DNA of 64,000 bases, from NCBI RefSeq assembly GCF_050320075.1, contig NZ_CP190018.1. One strand, written 5' to 3'. Below the pieces are notes generated by a model. It did no database searches and was not told the origin of the DNA. It worked only from the letters and a program-made list of their open reading frames with translations. Positions 1-11,750 of this stretch are shown piece after piece (positions within the stretch are counted from its first letter, which is position 1; every line of letters begins with the position of its first letter). Origin of the DNA: Escherichia coli (lineage in GTDB: Bacteria; Pseudomonadota; Gammaproteobacteria; Enterobacterales; Enterobacteriaceae). Both the position numbers and the translations under genes were made by a program.

Positions 1-771
1 TATTCGAACCACCCGGATCTGGTGCGTCCGATTGCGTCTATCAGCAAATTAATGACCGCGATGGTTGTGCTGGATGCACGACTGCCGCTGGATGAAAAAC
101 TAAAAGTGGATATCAGCCAGACGCCGGAGATGAAAGGGGTCTATTCGCGCGTACGACTGAATAGCGAAATCAGCCGTAAAGATATGCTGTTGCTGGCGCT
201 GATGTCTTCAGAAAACCGCGCGGCGGCAAGCCTTGCGCACCATTATCCCGGTGGTTACAAAGCCTTTATTAAGGCAATGAATGCGAAAGCGAAATCGCTC
301 GGAATGAACAACACGCGCTTTGTTGAACCTACCGGATTGTCGGTGCATAACGTTTCAACTGCCCGTGACTTAACCAAACTGCTCATTGCCAGCAAACAAT
401 ATCCGTTGATCGGGCAGTTAAGTACTACCCGGGAAGATATGGCAACCTTCTCTAATCCGACGTATACGCTGCCGTTCCGCAATACTAATCATCTGGTGTA
501 TCGCGATAACTGGAATATTCAGTTAACCAAAACCGGCTTTACCAATGCGGCGGGCCATTGTCTGGTGATGCGTACGGTTATCAATAATAAACCGGTGGCG
601 CTGGTAGTGATGGACGCGTTTGGCAAATATACCCATTTTGCCGATGCCAGCCGCCTGCGTACCTGGATTGAAACCGGTAAAGTGATGCCTGTGCCGGCAG
701 CAGCGTTGAGCTATAAAAAACAAAAAGCCGCCCAAATGGCGGCGGCGGGGCAGACGGCACAGAACGATTAA
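1..771 (+). CDS. pbpG: D-alanyl-D-alanine endopeptidase (PBP7), 5'-truncated by window edge
   Basis: ORF 22..771 is open back to position 1. Class C PBP motifs SEN and KTG present. Sits next to dld as in E. coli. Identity from recall. Confidence 0.85.
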
Positions 772-808
772 GTGAATTCGGATGGCGATACTCTGCCATC
801 CGTAATTT

Positions 809-2524
809 TTACTCCACTTCCTGCCAGTTTTTCCGTTTACTGGTTTTACCGATCCCCGGATTCATGCTGTTGGTCGGATCGTTCTCGCGATAGAACTTCT
901 GCAACGTCTCCGGTGCTTTATACAAATGACCGACGTTATGCTCGGCAGGGTACTGCGCGCCGCGCTGCTGTAGCAGTTCCAGCATCTGTTCTTTTAACGC
1001 ATGCACATCCACGCCTTTTTTCACTATGTAATCCTGATGGAAGACATAGCACATAAAATGGCCGTAATAGAGCTTGTGCACCAGCTGGCTGTCGATCTCC
1101 GGCGGTAAATGCTCATACCACTCGGTGTCGTTACGCCGCAGAGCGATATCCAACGCCAGAATGTCTTCGACTTCATCGGAATGCACCGCCTGATAACGAA
1201 TTGCTGCGCCCGCAGCGGCGAAACGGTGTAAAAACGCTTTGCTGCCTTCCTCCGGCGTACAGACAAAGAAATCGCCTTCGGCCTGTTTGAAATAATCCAC
1301 CAGCCACGATTTGGCTTCGCCCACGCCATCGCCCGCCATTTTTAACAGCAGATGATGCTCGTATTTATCGCGCCAGTTTTTCATGCGCGGCGGTAAATGG
1401 CTGGGGAACAGGTGACCGAATTTTTGCATCGCACGGTCAGTAAAATGCGGACGGAAGAATTTCACTTTCTCCAGCATCGCATCGGTGCGTCCCTTGAGAT
1501 TAAAGAAGAACGGCATCTTGTCGGTGCCTAACTTATCAATCATCAGGAAGGTGTCTTTGCCGTATTTTTCCGCAATATCGTAGATATCCCGGTGCATATA
1601 TTCCCCGGCAACCGGCAGATTTTCGAAGTTAGCCAGAATATGACGGCGGATTTCGGTCAGCACTTCCGGCTGGTTGGTGCCGATATAAAACACCTGCTGA
1701 TTTTTTTCCGCTTCGAAGGTATCAAGACGTACTGCAAAGACCGCCAGCTTCCCGGCGCAACCAGAAGATTCAAATAACCGATCAGGATCGGCGTTATAAC
1801 GTGCGGGCGTGTCGGCTTCAATATCACGAACGCGGTGGACATAGTCATAATCGTGGGCGTGACGACCATCGTGACGCACATCGTCATCTTTGATGCGATC
1901 ATCATCCAGCTTGCTAAGGATCTGCTCCGGCGTTTCGCCCAGATCAATCCCCAGATGGTTCACCAGCGTCAGTTTGCCGTCTTCATTTATACGCGCGAAT
2001 AACGACATTTCGGTATACGCCGGGCCACGTTGCACCAGCGAGCCGCCGGAGTTGTTACAAATACCGCCGATGACCGATGCGCCTATACACGATGATCCAA
2101 TCACTGAGTGCGGTTCGCGTCCCAGCGGTTTGAGGGCTTTTTCCAGCGAATAGAGCGTGGTGCCCGGATAGGCCAGCACCTGTTCGCCCTTGCCAAGAAC
2201 GTGCAGCTTGTCGAGACGCAGGGTGCTGATGATAACGACATCGCGATCATAATCGTTACCGTTTGGCGTCGATCCTTCGGTCAGGCCTGTATTGGCGGCC
2301 TGCATCAGAATAATTTTGTCGGCGGTGACGCAGGCTTTCAGCACCCGCCACAATTCTAGTAGTGAGCCAGGGAAAACGACAGCCAGCGCGTCGCCCTGAC
2401 CAGAACGGAAGCCCTTGCGATAGCGGGCCGTTTTTGCGGGATCGGTGAGCAGGTGTGAAGAACCCACCAGACGAGCAAGTTCATTCAAAAAGGCTTTATT
2501 ATCAGTTGTTGTCATGGAAGACAT
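809..2524 (-). CDS. dld: FAD-dependent D-lactate dehydrogenase
   Basis: ORF track 809..2557. Start placed at internal Met (MSSMTTTDNK), giving 571 aa, the length I recall for E. coli Dld. Confidence 0.9.
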   Translation of the reverse strand: MSSMTTTDNKAFLNELARLVGSSHLLTDPAKTARYRKGFRSGQGDALAVVFPGSLLELWRVLKACVTADKIILMQAANTGLTEGSTPNGNDYDRDVVIISTLRLDKLHVLGKGEQVLAYPGTTLYSLEKALKPLGREPHSVIGSSCIGASVIGGICNNSGGSLVQRGPAYTEMSLFARINEDGKLTLVNHLGIDLGETPEQILSKLDDDRIKDDDVRHDGRHAHDYDYVHRVRDIEADTPARYNADPDRLFESSGCAGKLAVFAVRLDTFEAEKNQQVFYIGTNQPEVLTEIRRHILANFENLPVAGEYMHRDIYDIAEKYGKDTFLMIDKLGTDKMPFFFNLKGRTDAMLEKVKFFRPHFTDRAMQKFGHLFPSHLPPRMKNWRDKYEHHLLLKMAGDGVGEAKSWLVDYFKQAEGDFFVCTPEEGSKAFLHRFAAAGAAIRYQAVHSDEVEDILALDIALRRNDTEWYEHLPPEIDSQLVHKLYYGHFMCYVFHQDYIVKKGVDVHALKEQMLELLQQRGAQYPAEHNVGHLYKAPETLQKFYRENDPTNSMNPGIGKTSKRKNWQEVE

Positions 2525-2719
2525 TTTCCACTCCTTGTGGTGGCGAAAAAATATCACAAACTAGAATAGCGCCTTGTATAACAATTCAGCGAGTGAATAT
2601 TTTGAAAATTCAGACAATAAACTGAGCATTCTTTTTCTCTCTCCATCATGCTTATGGCAAACTACGGTTTTTGCACCATTTTCGCTGCCACGTCGGGCAA
2701 CAAAGGAAGAAAAATCCAT

Positions 2720-5017
2720 ATGAAATGGCTATGTTCAGTAGGAGTCGCGGTGAGTCTGGCCCTGCAGCCAGCACTGGCGGATGATTTATTCGGCAACCAT
2801 CCATTAACGCCCGAAGCGCGGGATGCGTTCGTCACCGAACTGCTTAAGAAAATGACAGTTGATGAGAAAATTGGTCAGCTGCGCTTAATCAGCGTCGGCC
2901 CGGATAACCCGAAAGAGGCGATCCGCGAGATGATCAAAGACGGTCAGGTTGGGGCGATTTTCAACACCGTAACCCGTCAGGATATCCGCGCCATGCAGGA
3001 TCAGGTGATGGAATTAAGCCGCCTGAAAATTCCTCTTTTCTTTGCTTACGACGTGCTGCACGGTCAGCGCACGGTGTTCCCGATTAGCCTCGGTCTGGCC
3101 TCGTCTTTTAACCTCGATGCAGTGAAAACGGTCGGACGTGTCTCTGCTTATGAAGCGGCAGATGATGGCCTGAATATGACCTGGGCACCGATGGTCGATG
3201 TCTCGCGCGATCCGCGCTGGGGACGTGCTTCCGAAGGTTTTGGCGAAGATACGTATCTCACCTCAACAATGGGTAAAACCATGGTGGAAGCGATGCAGGG
3301 TAAAAGCCCGGCAGATCGCTACTCGGTGATGACCAGCGTCAAACACTTTGCCGCATACGGCGCGGTAGAAGGCGGTAAAGAGTACAACACCGTCGATATG
3401 AGTCCGCAGCGCCTGTTTAATGATTATATGCCGCCGTACAAAGCGGGGCTGGACGCAGGCAGCGGCGCGGTGATGGTGGCGCTGAACTCGCTGAACGGCA
3501 CGCCAGCCACCTCCGATTCCTGGCTGCTGAAAGATGTTCTGCGCGACCAGTGGGGCTTTAAAGGCATCACCGTTTCCGATCACGGTGCAATCAAAGAGCT
3601 GATTAAACATGGCACGGCGACAGACCCGGAAGATGCGGTGCGCGTGGCGCTGAAATCCGGAATCAACATGAGCATGAGCGACGAGTACTACTCGAAGTAT
3701 CTGCCTGGGTTGATTAAATCCGGCAAAGTGACGATGGCAGAGCTGGACGATGCTGCCCGCCATGTACTGAACGTTAAATATGATATGGGGTTGTTTAACG
3801 ACCCATACAGCCATTTGGGGCCGAAAGAGTCTGACCCGGTGGATACCAATGCCGAAAGCCGCCTGCACCGTAAAGAAGCGCGTGAAGTGGCGCGCGAAAG
3901 CTTGGTGTTGCTGAAAAACCGTCTCGAAACGTTACCGCTGAAAAAATCGGCCACCATTGCGGTGGTTGGGCCACTGGCGGACAGTAAACGTGACGTGATG
4001 GGCAGCTGGTCCGCAGCCGGTGTTGCCGATCAATCCGTGACCGTACTGACCGGGATTAAAAATGCCGTCGGTGAAAACGGTAAAGTGCTGTATGCCAAAG
4101 GGGCGAACGTTACCAGTGACAAAGGCATTATCGATTTCCTGAATCAGTATGAAGAAGCGGTCAAAGTCGATCCGCGTTCGCCGCAAGAGATGATTGATGA
4201 AGCGGTGCAGACGGCGAAACAATCTGATGTGGTGGTGGCTGTAGTCGGTGAAGCACAGGGGATGGCGCACGAAGCCTCCAGCCGGACCGATATCACTATT
4301 CCGCAAAGCCAACGTGACTTGATTGCGGCGCTGAAAGCCACCGGTAAACCGCTGGTGCTGGTGCTGATGAACGGGCGTCCGCTGGCGCTGGTGAAAGAAG
4401 ATCAGCAGGCTGATGCGATTCTGGAAACCTGGTTTGCGGGGACTGAAGGCGGTAATGCAATTGCCGATGTATTGTTTGGCGATTACAACCCGTCCGGCAA
4501 GCTGCCAATGTCCTTCCCGCGTTCTGTCGGGCAGATCCCGGTGTACTACAGCCATCTGAATACCGGTCGCCCGTATAATGCCGACAAGCCGAACAAATAC
4601 ACTTCGCGTTATTTTGATGAAGCTAACGGGGCGTTGTATCCGTTCGGCTATGGGCTGAGCTACACCACTTTCACCGTCTCTGATGTGAAACTTTCTGCGC
4701 CGACCATGAAGCGTGACGGCAAAGTGACTGCCAGCGTGCAGGTGACGAACACCGGTAAGCGCGAGGGTGCCACGGTAGTGCAGATGTACTTGCAGGATGT
4801 GACGGCTTCCATGAGTCGCCCTGTGAAACAGCTGAAAGGCTTTGAGAAAATCACCCTGAAACCGGGCGAAACTCAGACTGTCAGCTTCCCGATCGATATT
4901 GAGGCGCTGAAGTTCTGGAATCAACAGATGAAATATGACGCCGAGCCTGGCAAGTTCAATGTCTTTATCGGCACTGATTCCGCACGCGTTAAGAAAGGCG
5001 AGTTTGAGTTGCTGTAA
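2720..5017 (+). CDS. bglX: Periplasmic beta-glucosidase (GH3)
   Basis: ORF 2648..5017. Start moved to MKWLCSVGVAVSLALQPALA signal peptide, giving 765 aa. GH3 family sequence. Confidence 0.9.
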   Translation: MKWLCSVGVAVSLALQPALADDLFGNHPLTPEARDAFVTELLKKMTVDEKIGQLRLISVGPDNPKEAIREMIKDGQVGAIFNTVTRQDIRAMQDQVMELSRLKIPLFFAYDVLHGQRTVFPISLGLASSFNLDAVKTVGRVSAYEAADDGLNMTWAPMVDVSRDPRWGRASEGFGEDTYLTSTMGKTMVEAMQGKSPADRYSVMTSVKHFAAYGAVEGGKEYNTVDMSPQRLFNDYMPPYKAGLDAGSGAVMVALNSLNGTPATSDSWLLKDVLRDQWGFKGITVSDHGAIKELIKHGTATDPEDAVRVALKSGINMSMSDEYYSKYLPGLIKSGKVTMAELDDAARHVLNVKYDMGLFNDPYSHLGPKESDPVDTNAESRLHRKEAREVARESLVLLKNRLETLPLKKSATIAVVGPLADSKRDVMGSWSAAGVADQSVTVLTGIKNAVGENGKVLYAKGANVTSDKGIIDFLNQYEEAVKVDPRSPQEMIDEAVQTAKQSDVVVAVVGEAQGMAHEASSRTDITIPQSQRDLIAALKATGKPLVLVLMNGRPLALVKEDQQADAILETWFAGTEGGNAIADVLFGDYNPSGKLPMSFPRSVGQIPVYYSHLNTGRPYNADKPNKYTSRYFDEANGALYPFGYGLSYTTFTVSDVKLSAPTMKRDGKVTASVQVTNTGKREGATVVQMYLQDVTASMSRPVKQLKGFEKITLKPGETQTVSFPIDIEALKFWNQQMKYDAEPGKFNVFIGTDSARVKKGEFELL

Positions 5018-5034
5018 TGCTTTAGTAAGGGCGC

Positions 5035-5100
5035 GACGTTTGCGCCCTTTGTAGGCCGGATAAGGCGCTCGCGCCGCATCCGGCAGGAAACGCCGGACCG
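5035..5100. repeat. REP (repetitive extragenic palindrome) element
   Basis: gtaggccggataaggcgctcgcgccgcatccggca downstream of bglX is a typical REP consensus-like palindrome. Confidence 0.7.
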
Positions 5101-5227
5101 AATATGCCTCTTAAGTATTTATCTGATTCTGCAACTGAATCCTTCCGCTCAAGCTAACCCCGCCATTATCAACTATGCTTTTCTCTTAATTCGCTGAAAA
5201 CAACAGTAAAAGAATGAGGAAAGCATC

Positions 5228-6145
5228 ATGCCACTCTTAAAGCTCTGGGCAGGTTCACTGGTTATGTTGGCAGCCGTGAGCCTGCCGCTACAGGCGGCTT
5301 CCCCCGTTAAAGTCGGTTCAAAAATCGATACCGAAGGTGCGCTACTCGGCAATATCATTTTGCAGGTGCTGGAAAGCCACGGCGTACCGACGGTGAATAA
5401 AGTGCAACTCGGAACGACTCCTGTGGTGCGCGGGGCGATTACTTCCGGTGAACTGGATATCTATCCGGAATATACCGGCAATGGCGCTTTCTTCTTTAAA
5501 GATGAAAACGATGCAGCGTGGAAAAACGCGCAGCAAGGTTACGAGAAAGTCAAAAAGCTCGATTCGGAGCACAACAAGTTAATCTGGCTGACGCCCGCGC
5601 CTGCAAATAACACCTGGACTATCGCCGTGCGTCAGGATGTGGCAGAGAAAAATAAACTCACTTCGCTTGCCGACCTGAGTCGTTATCTGCAAGAGGGCGG
5701 CACCTTCAAACTGGCAGCCTCGGCAGAGTTTATCGAACGCGCCGATGCGTTACCCGCGTTTGAAAAAGCCTATGGCTTTAAGCTCGGTCAGGATCAGTTG
5801 CTGTCACTGGCTGGTGGCGACACGGCGGTGACGATCAAAGCCGCTGCCCAGCAAATCTCTGGCGTTAATGCTGCAATGGCTTACGGCACTGACGGCCCGG
5901 TAGCGGCGCTGGGGCTGCAAACCTTAAGCGATCCGCAAGGTGTGCAACCTATCTACGCGCCTGCACCAGTGGTGCGTGAGTCGGTGTTGAGGGAGTATCC
6001 GCAAATGGCACAGTGGCTACAGCCAGTCTTCGCCAGCCTCGATGCAAAAACATTGCAGCAACTGAATGCCAGCATTGCTGTGGAAGGACTGGATGCCAAA
6101 AAAGTGGCTGCCGACTACCTGAAACAAAAAGGGTGGACGAAGTAA
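5228..6145 (+). CDS. osmF: Osmoprotectant ABC transporter periplasmic binding protein
   Basis: 305 aa with signal peptide. First gene of a four-gene ABC transporter block (yehZYXW). Identity from recall. Confidence 0.85.
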   Translation: MPLLKLWAGSLVMLAAVSLPLQAASPVKVGSKIDTEGALLGNIILQVLESHGVPTVNKVQLGTTPVVRGAITSGELDIYPEYTGNGAFFFKDENDAAWKNAQQGYEKVKKLDSEHNKLIWLTPAPANNTWTIAVRQDVAEKNKLTSLADLSRYLQEGGTFKLAASAEFIERADALPAFEKAYGFKLGQDQLLSLAGGDTAVTIKAAAQQISGVNAAMAYGTDGPVAALGLQTLSDPQGVQPIYAPAPVVRESVLREYPQMAQWLQPVFASLDAKTLQQLNASIAVEGLDAKKVAADYLKQKGWTK

Positions 6146-6151
6146 TTTCCC

Positions 6152-7309
6152 GTGACTTATTTCCGTATTAATCCTGTTCTGGCGCTGCTGCTGTTGCTGA
6201 CGGCAATCGCAGCGGCGCTGCCGTTTATCAGTTACGCGCCTAATCGTTTAGTTTCGGGTGAGGGGCGTCATCTCTGGCAGCTGTGGCCGCAAACGATCTG
6301 GATGCTGGTGGGCGTTGGTTGCGCCTGGCTGACGGCCTGTTTTATTCCCGGTAAAAAAGGCAGCATTTGTGCACTCATTCTGGCGCAATTCGTCTTCGTA
6401 TTGCTGGTGTGGGGAGCTGGAAAGGCGGCGACCCAACTGGCGCAAAATGGCAGTGCGCTGGCGCGTACCAGCCTCGGCAGTGGTTTCTGGCTGGCTGCGG
6501 CGCTGGCATTGCTGGCCTGTAGCGATGCCATCCGCCGAATCTCCACGCATCCGCTGTGGCGCTGGTTGTTGCATATGCAGATTGCCATTATTCCGCTGTG
6601 GTTGCTGTACTCCGGCACGCTTAACGATCTCTCACTAATGAAAGAATACGCCAACCGTCAGGATGTGTTTGACGACGCGCTGGCACAACATCTGACGTTG
6701 CTGTTTGGTGCGGTGCTGCCTGCGTTAGTGATTGGTGTGCCGTTGGGCATCTGGTGCTACTTTTCCACTGCTCGGCAGGGGGCAATTTTTTCTCTGCTCA
6801 ATGTGATTCAGACCGTGCCTTCGGTGGCGCTCTTTGGCCTGTTGATTGCGCCGCTTGCCGCGCTGGTTACGGCCTTTCCGTGGCTGGGGACGCTCGGCAT
6901 AGCAGGAACCGGAATGACACCCGCACTGATTGCGCTGGTGCTCTATGCCTTGCTGCCGCTGGTGCGCGGCGTGGTAGTCGGTTTGAACCAGATCCCGCGC
7001 GATGTGCTGGAAAGCGCCAGAGCGATGGGGATGAGCGGGGCGCAGCGTTTCCTGCATGTTCAGTTACCGCTGGCGTTACCGGTATTTCTGCGCAGCCTGC
7101 GGGTGGTGATGGTGCAAACTGTAGGTATGGCGGTGATTGCGGCGTTAATCGGCGCAGGCGGTTTTGGTGCGCTGGTTTTCCAGGGGCTGCTAAGCAGTGC
7201 CATTGATTTAGTGTTGCTGGGGGTGATCCCGGTAATTGTTCTGGCGGTGCTGATCGATGCGCTGTTCGATTTGCTTATCGCACTGCTGAAGGTGAAACGT
7301 AATGATTGA
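6152..7309 (+). CDS. yehY: Osmoprotectant ABC transporter permease
   Basis: 385 aa polytopic membrane protein, 7 nt after osmF. Confidence 0.85.
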   Translation: MTYFRINPVLALLLLLTAIAAALPFISYAPNRLVSGEGRHLWQLWPQTIWMLVGVGCAWLTACFIPGKKGSICALILAQFVFVLLVWGAGKAATQLAQNGSALARTSLGSGFWLAAALALLACSDAIRRISTHPLWRWLLHMQIAIIPLWLLYSGTLNDLSLMKEYANRQDVFDDALAQHLTLLFGAVLPALVIGVPLGIWCYFSTARQGAIFSLLNVIQTVPSVALFGLLIAPLAALVTAFPWLGTLGIAGTGMTPALIALVLYALLPLVRGVVVGLNQIPRDVLESARAMGMSGAQRFLHVQLPLALPVFLRSLRVVMVQTVGMAVIAALIGAGGFGALVFQGLLSSAIDLVLLGVIPVIVLAVLIDALFDLLIALLKVKRND

Positions 7310-8228
7310 ATTTAGCCATGTCAGCAAACTGTTCGGCGCACAAAAAGCCGTTAACGATCTCAATCTCAATTTTCAGGAGGGGAGTTTTTCGGTGCTGATT
7401 GGTACATCAGGCTCCGGTAAATCCACCACCCTGAAAATGATTAACCGCCTGGTGGAGCATGACAGCGGCGTGATCCGCTTTGCCGGAGAAGAAATTCGCT
7501 CGCTGCCAGTGCTGGAGTTGCGCCGCCGGATGGGCTATGCCATTCAATCTATTGGCCTGTTTCCCCACTGGAGCGTGGCGCAAAATATTGCCACCGTGCC
7601 GCAATTACAAAAATGGTCGCGGGCGCGGATTGACGATCGTATCGACGAATTAATGGCGCTACTGGGGCTGGAGCCAAATTTGCGTGAGCGTTATCCGCAT
7701 CAGCTTTCTGGCGGTCAGCAGCAACGTGTGGGAGTGGCGCGCGCACTGGCTGCCGATCCGCAAGTCTTACTGATGGATGAACCTTTTGGCGCGCTGGACC
7801 CGGTAACGCGCGGCGCGTTGCAACAAGAGATGACGCGCATACACCGTTTGCTGGGGCGTACCATTGTGCTGGTCACTCATGATATTGATGAGGCGCTACG
7901 ACTGGCAGAACATCTGGTGTTGATGGATCACGGTGAAGTGGTGCAGCAGGGCAATCCGCTGACGATGCTGACTCGTCCGGCGAATGATTTTGTCCGCCAG
8001 TTTTTTGGGCATAGTGAACTGGGTGTCCGCCTGCTTTCGTTACGTAGCGTGGCGGATTACGTGCGTCGCGAAGAACGGGCAGAAGGTGAGGCGCTGGCAG
8101 AAGAGATGACTCTACGCGATGCGCTCTCCCTGTTTGTCGCGCGGGGATGCGAGGTGCTGCCGGTGGTGAACACGCAGGGCCAGCCTTGCGGCACGCTGCA
8201 TTTTCAGGATCTGCTGGTGGAGGCGTAA
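7302..8228 (+). CDS. yehX: Osmoprotectant ABC transporter ATP-binding protein
   Basis: Walker [10 protein letters not shown] and ABC signature LSGGQQQR. Overlaps yehY by 8 nt. Confidence 0.9.
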   Translation: MIEFSHVSKLFGAQKAVNDLNLNFQEGSFSVLIGTSGSGKSTTLKMINRLVEHDSGVIRFAGEEIRSLPVLELRRRMGYAIQSIGLFPHWSVAQNIATVPQLQKWSRARIDDRIDELMALLGLEPNLRERYPHQLSGGQQQRVGVARALAADPQVLLMDEPFGALDPVTRGALQQEMTRIHRLLGRTIVLVTHDIDEALRLAEHLVLMDHGEVVQQGNPLTMLTRPANDFVRQFFGHSELGVRLLSLRSVADYVRREERAEGEALAEEMTLRDALSLFVARGCEVLPVVNTQGQPCGTLHFQDLLVEA

Positions 8229-8232
8229 ACGT

Positions 8233-8964
8233 ATGAAGATGTTGCGCGATCCGCTGTTCTGGCTCATTGCTCTGTTTGTGGCGCTGATTTTCTGGCTGCC
8301 TTACAGCCAGCCGCTGTTTGCTGCCTTGTTCCCACAACTGCCACGACCCGTTTATCAGCAAGAAAGTTTTGCTGCTCTGGCACTGGCTCATTTCTGGCTG
8401 GTGGGAATTTCGAGTTTGTTTGCGGTGATCATTGGCACTGGTGCAGGAATTATTGTTACTCGCCCGTGGGGCGCGGAATTTCGCCCACTGGTGGAAACTA
8501 TTGCCGCCGTTGGACAGACTTTTCCGCCCGTCGCGGTGCTGGCGATTGCCGTTCCGGTGATTGGGTTTGGTCTGCAACCCGCGATTATCGCCTTGATCCT
8601 TTATGGTGTGCTGCCCGTCCTGCAGGCAACACTTGCCGGGCTGGGAGCGATTGATGCCAGCGTGACAGAAGTTGCGAAAGGTATGGGAATGAGCCGTGGT
8701 CAGCGACTGCGTAAGGTCGAGCTACCGCTGGCGGCTCCGGTGATTCTGGCGGGCGTGCGAACTTCGGTGATTATCAACATTGGTACGGCGACGATCGCCT
8801 CAACGGTAGGGGCCAGCACGCTGGGTACGCCGATCATCATCGGGCTTAGCGGATTTAATACCGCGTATGTGATCCAGGGGGCGTTACTGGTGGCACTGGC
8901 GGCGATCATTGCAGACCGCCTGTTTGAAAGGCTGGTGCAGGCGCTTAGCCAGCACGCAAAATAA
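8233..8964 (+). CDS. yehW: Osmoprotectant ABC transporter permease
   Basis: 243 aa membrane protein, 4 nt after yehX. Confidence 0.85.
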
Positions 8965-9052
8965 AGGTATAACCTGCGAGCATGACGCCACCAATTCCGC
9001 CTAACGCCATAAACAGGAACAGGGCGATGACCCCAATTTTAGCTATGCGCAT
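8945..9052 (-). CDS. yohO: Small membrane protein (35 aa)
   Basis: Hand-translated minus-strand [38 protein letters not shown], below the ORF-track size cutoff. Matches recalled YohO. Its 3' end overlaps the yehW 3' end antisense. Confidence 0.7.
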
Positions 9053-9111
9053 AATGCACTCCTTATGTTAACGAAAGGATTGTACAGTAAAGCGCATTTG
9101 TTAACGAATCA

Positions 9112-9843
9112 TTAAATGCCGAGTGGGAAAATATCATGGCCTTGTTCCTGCCAACTGGTGAGTTGCTGCTGTTGGGCGGAGGTTCGATTTTCACCGCACC
9201 ACACCAGCAATGTACGGCCTTCGAACAGTTCAGGGCGTAGTTGATTGAGCGAGTGGGCGAGGACATCAATGCGCCATCCTTGTTGACTGGCAATCCAGCC
9301 CTCCAGCCACAGACGGGTGGTATCATGAATATTCCAGCCAACCACCAACGCATCTTTACCCTGTTTTTTACGTGCCGAAGCCAGGCAAATGGCGATGTAG
9401 TTGATCAGTACGCCGTCGAGGATCGCCAGCAGCGCCTGGAGAGTCGGTTGTTGGCACTGAAGTCGTCGGCGCAGAGGAATAAACAGATGTGTGGTGAGCG
9501 TCTGGGCGGGGTAATCCTGACCGCGCTCTTTGATCCACGTTCGCAGGCTATGCAGATTGCCGCTTTGCAGGTAAGTCAGTAATGTTTCTTGCTGATCGCG
9601 CCAGCCGTTCTGCACATCAACATTTTCATTACTGAGCAGCATTTTAACTTTGCTGACCTGCACGCCGTTGTCGATCCAGCGTTTGATCTCGCGGATCCGG
9701 TCAATATCGGCATCGTTGAACAGCCGATGGCCGCCGTCTGTCCGTTGCGGTTTCAGCAATCCGTAACGCCTCTGCCACGCGCGTAACGTGACAGGGTTAA
9801 TATCACAAAGCAACGCCACTTCACCAATTGTGTAAAGCGCCAT
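9112..9843 (-). CDS. mlrA: MerR-family transcriptional regulator
   Basis: 243 aa with N-terminal MerR-type HTH (YTIGEVALLCDINPVTLRAWQRRYGL). Position between yehW and btsS. Confidence 0.85.
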   Translation of the reverse strand: MALYTIGEVALLCDINPVTLRAWQRRYGLLKPQRTDGGHRLFNDADIDRIREIKRWIDNGVQVSKVKMLLSNENVDVQNGWRDQQETLLTYLQSGNLHSLRTWIKERGQDYPAQTLTTHLFIPLRRRLQCQQPTLQALLAILDGVLINYIAICLASARKKQGKDALVVGWNIHDTTRLWLEGWIASQQGWRIDVLAHSLNQLRPELFEGRTLLVWCGENRTSAQQQQLTSWQEQGHDIFPLGI

Positions 9844-10064
9844 CGTCTCACCCTTGCTCGCGAGGTCCCGGTTTAACTTTAGACGCAGTTTTGCGAACCA
9901 GGTAGTTTTGCCCGTTTTTTGTGCATCTATAGGGTGATTTTATTTTTGCCAGGCGATTTTGAGTGATCGTACTCACGAATTCTCATTTTTCTGCAAGAGT
10001 TCAAAGAAAGTTAAACGCAGGCAATGTATGTTACGCGTTTTAAAGGGAAGTGTGGTTTGCGGGT

Positions 10065-11750
10065 ATGTACGATTTTAATCTGGTGTTGCTGCTGCTTCAG
10101 CAGATGTGCGTTTTTTTAGTCATTGCGTGGTTAATGAGTAAAACGCCATTATTCATACCGTTAATGCAGGTCACGGTTCGTCTGCCGCATAAATTTCTCT
10201 GCTACATCGTCTTTTCCATCTTCTGCATCATGGGCACCTGGTTTGGGTTGCACATTGACGATTCTATTGCCAATACCCGTGCGATAGGCGCGGTAATGGG
10301 CGGCTTACTCGGCGGTCCGGTCGTCGGTGGGCTGGTTGGTCTGACCGGCGGGTTACATCGATATTCGATGGGGGGCATGACCGCGCTAAGTTGCATGATC
10401 TCGACCATCGTTGAAGGGTTGCTCGGCGGCCTGGTACACAGCATCCTGATCCGTCGCGGGCGCACTGATAAAGTCTTTAACCCCATTACCGCCGGTGCCG
10501 TCACGTTCGTCGCTGAAATGGTGCAAATGTTGATCATCCTGGCAATCGCCCGACCTTATGAAGATGCGGTGCGTCTGGTGAGTAATATTGCTGCGCCAAT
10601 GATGGTCACCAATACCGTCGGCGCGGCGCTGTTTATGCGTATATTGCTCGATAAACGCGCGATGTTTGAAAAATACACTTCGGCTTTTTCTGCCACTGCG
10701 CTAAAAGTGGCTGCCTCGACGGAAGGCATTTTGCGCCAGGGGTTTAACGAAGTGAACAGCATGAAAGTGGCACAGGTGCTGTATCAGGAGCTGGATATTG
10801 GTGCAGTCGCGATTACCGATCGAGAGAAATTGCTGGCCTTTACCGGAATTGGTGACGATCACCATTTACCCGGCAAACCGATTTCTTCGACTTACACCTT
10901 AAAAGCGATTGAAACCGGTGAAGTGGTCTACGCTGATGGCAACGAAGTACCTTATCGTTGCTCTTTGCATCCGCAATGCAAACTGGGGTCGACGCTGGTA
11001 ATTCCGTTGCGTGGTGAAAATCAGCGGGTGATGGGTACCATCAAATTGTATGAAGCCAAAAACCGTTTATTCAGTTCAATCAATCGCACGCTGGGTGAGG
11101 GGATTGCGCAACTGCTTTCGGCGCAGATCCTCGCCGGGCAATATGAGCGGCAAAAAGCGATGCTCACCCAGTCAGAGATCAAACTGCTTCACGCCCAGGT
11201 GAACCCCCATTTTTTGTTTAATGCGCTTAACACCATTAAAGCGGTGATCCGCCGCGACAGCGAACAGGCCAGCCAGCTGGTGCAGTATCTTTCCACTTTT
11301 TTCCGCAAAAACTTAAAGCGGCCTTCGGAGTTTGTTACTCTCGCCGACGAAATTGAACATGTGAACGCTTATCTGCAAATTGAAAAGGCGCGCTTCCAGT
11401 CGCGGTTGCAGGTCAACATTGCTATTCCGCAAGAATTATCCCAGCAGCAATTGCCCGCGTTTACCCTGCAACCGATAGTGGAAAACGCTATTAAACATGG
11501 GACATCACAACTGCTGGATACAGGGCGAGTGGCAATCAGCGCCCGACGTGAGGGGCAACATTTGATGCTGGAGATCGAAGACAACGCCGGTTTGTATCAA
11601 CCGGTAACCAATGCCAGTGGGCTGGGGATGAATCTGGTGGATAAGCGTTTACGTGAACGGTTTGGCGATGACTATGGGATAAGCGTCGCCTGTGAGCCTG
11701 ATAGTTACACCCGAATAACGTTACGACTACCATGGAGGGACGAGGCATGA
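10065..11750 (+). CDS. btsS: LytS-type sensor histidine kinase (pyruvate-sensing)
   Basis: ORF 10050..11750. Start at MYDFNLV gives 561 aa. Membrane N-terminal domain plus histidine kinase core ([14 protein letters not shown]). Confidence 0.85.
   Translation: MYDFNLVLLLLQQMCVFLVIAWLMSKTPLFIPLMQVTVRLPHKFLCYIVFSIFCIMGTWFGLHIDDSIANTRAIGAVMGGLLGGPVVGGLVGLTGGLHRYSMGGMTALSCMISTIVEGLLGGLVHSILIRRGRTDKVFNPITAGAVTFVAEMVQMLIILAIARPYEDAVRLVSNIAAPMMVTNTVGAALFMRILLDKRAMFEKYTSAFSATALKVAASTEGILRQGFNEVNSMKVAQVLYQELDIGAVAITDREKLLAFTGIGDDHHLPGKPISSTYTLKAIETGEVVYADGNEVPYRCSLHPQCKLGSTLVIPLRGENQRVMGTIKLYEAKNRLFSSINRTLGEGIAQLLSAQILAGQYERQKAMLTQSEIKLLHAQVNPHFLFNALNTIKAVIRRDSEQASQLVQYLSTFFRKNLKRPSEFVTLADEIEHVNAYLQIEKARFQSRLQVNIAIPQELSQQQLPAFTLQPIVENAIKHGTSQLLDTGRVAISARREGQHLMLEIEDNAGLYQPVTNASGLGMNLVDKRLRERFGDDYGISVACEPDSYTRITLRLPWRDEA

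Noticed and set aside
3932-4924. 330-aa antisense ORF inside bglX, and similar antisense ORFs inside molR, yehI, yehM and dld
   Set aside because: Shadow ORFs with low-complexity Arg/His/Gly-rich translations. The sense-strand genes are well supported.
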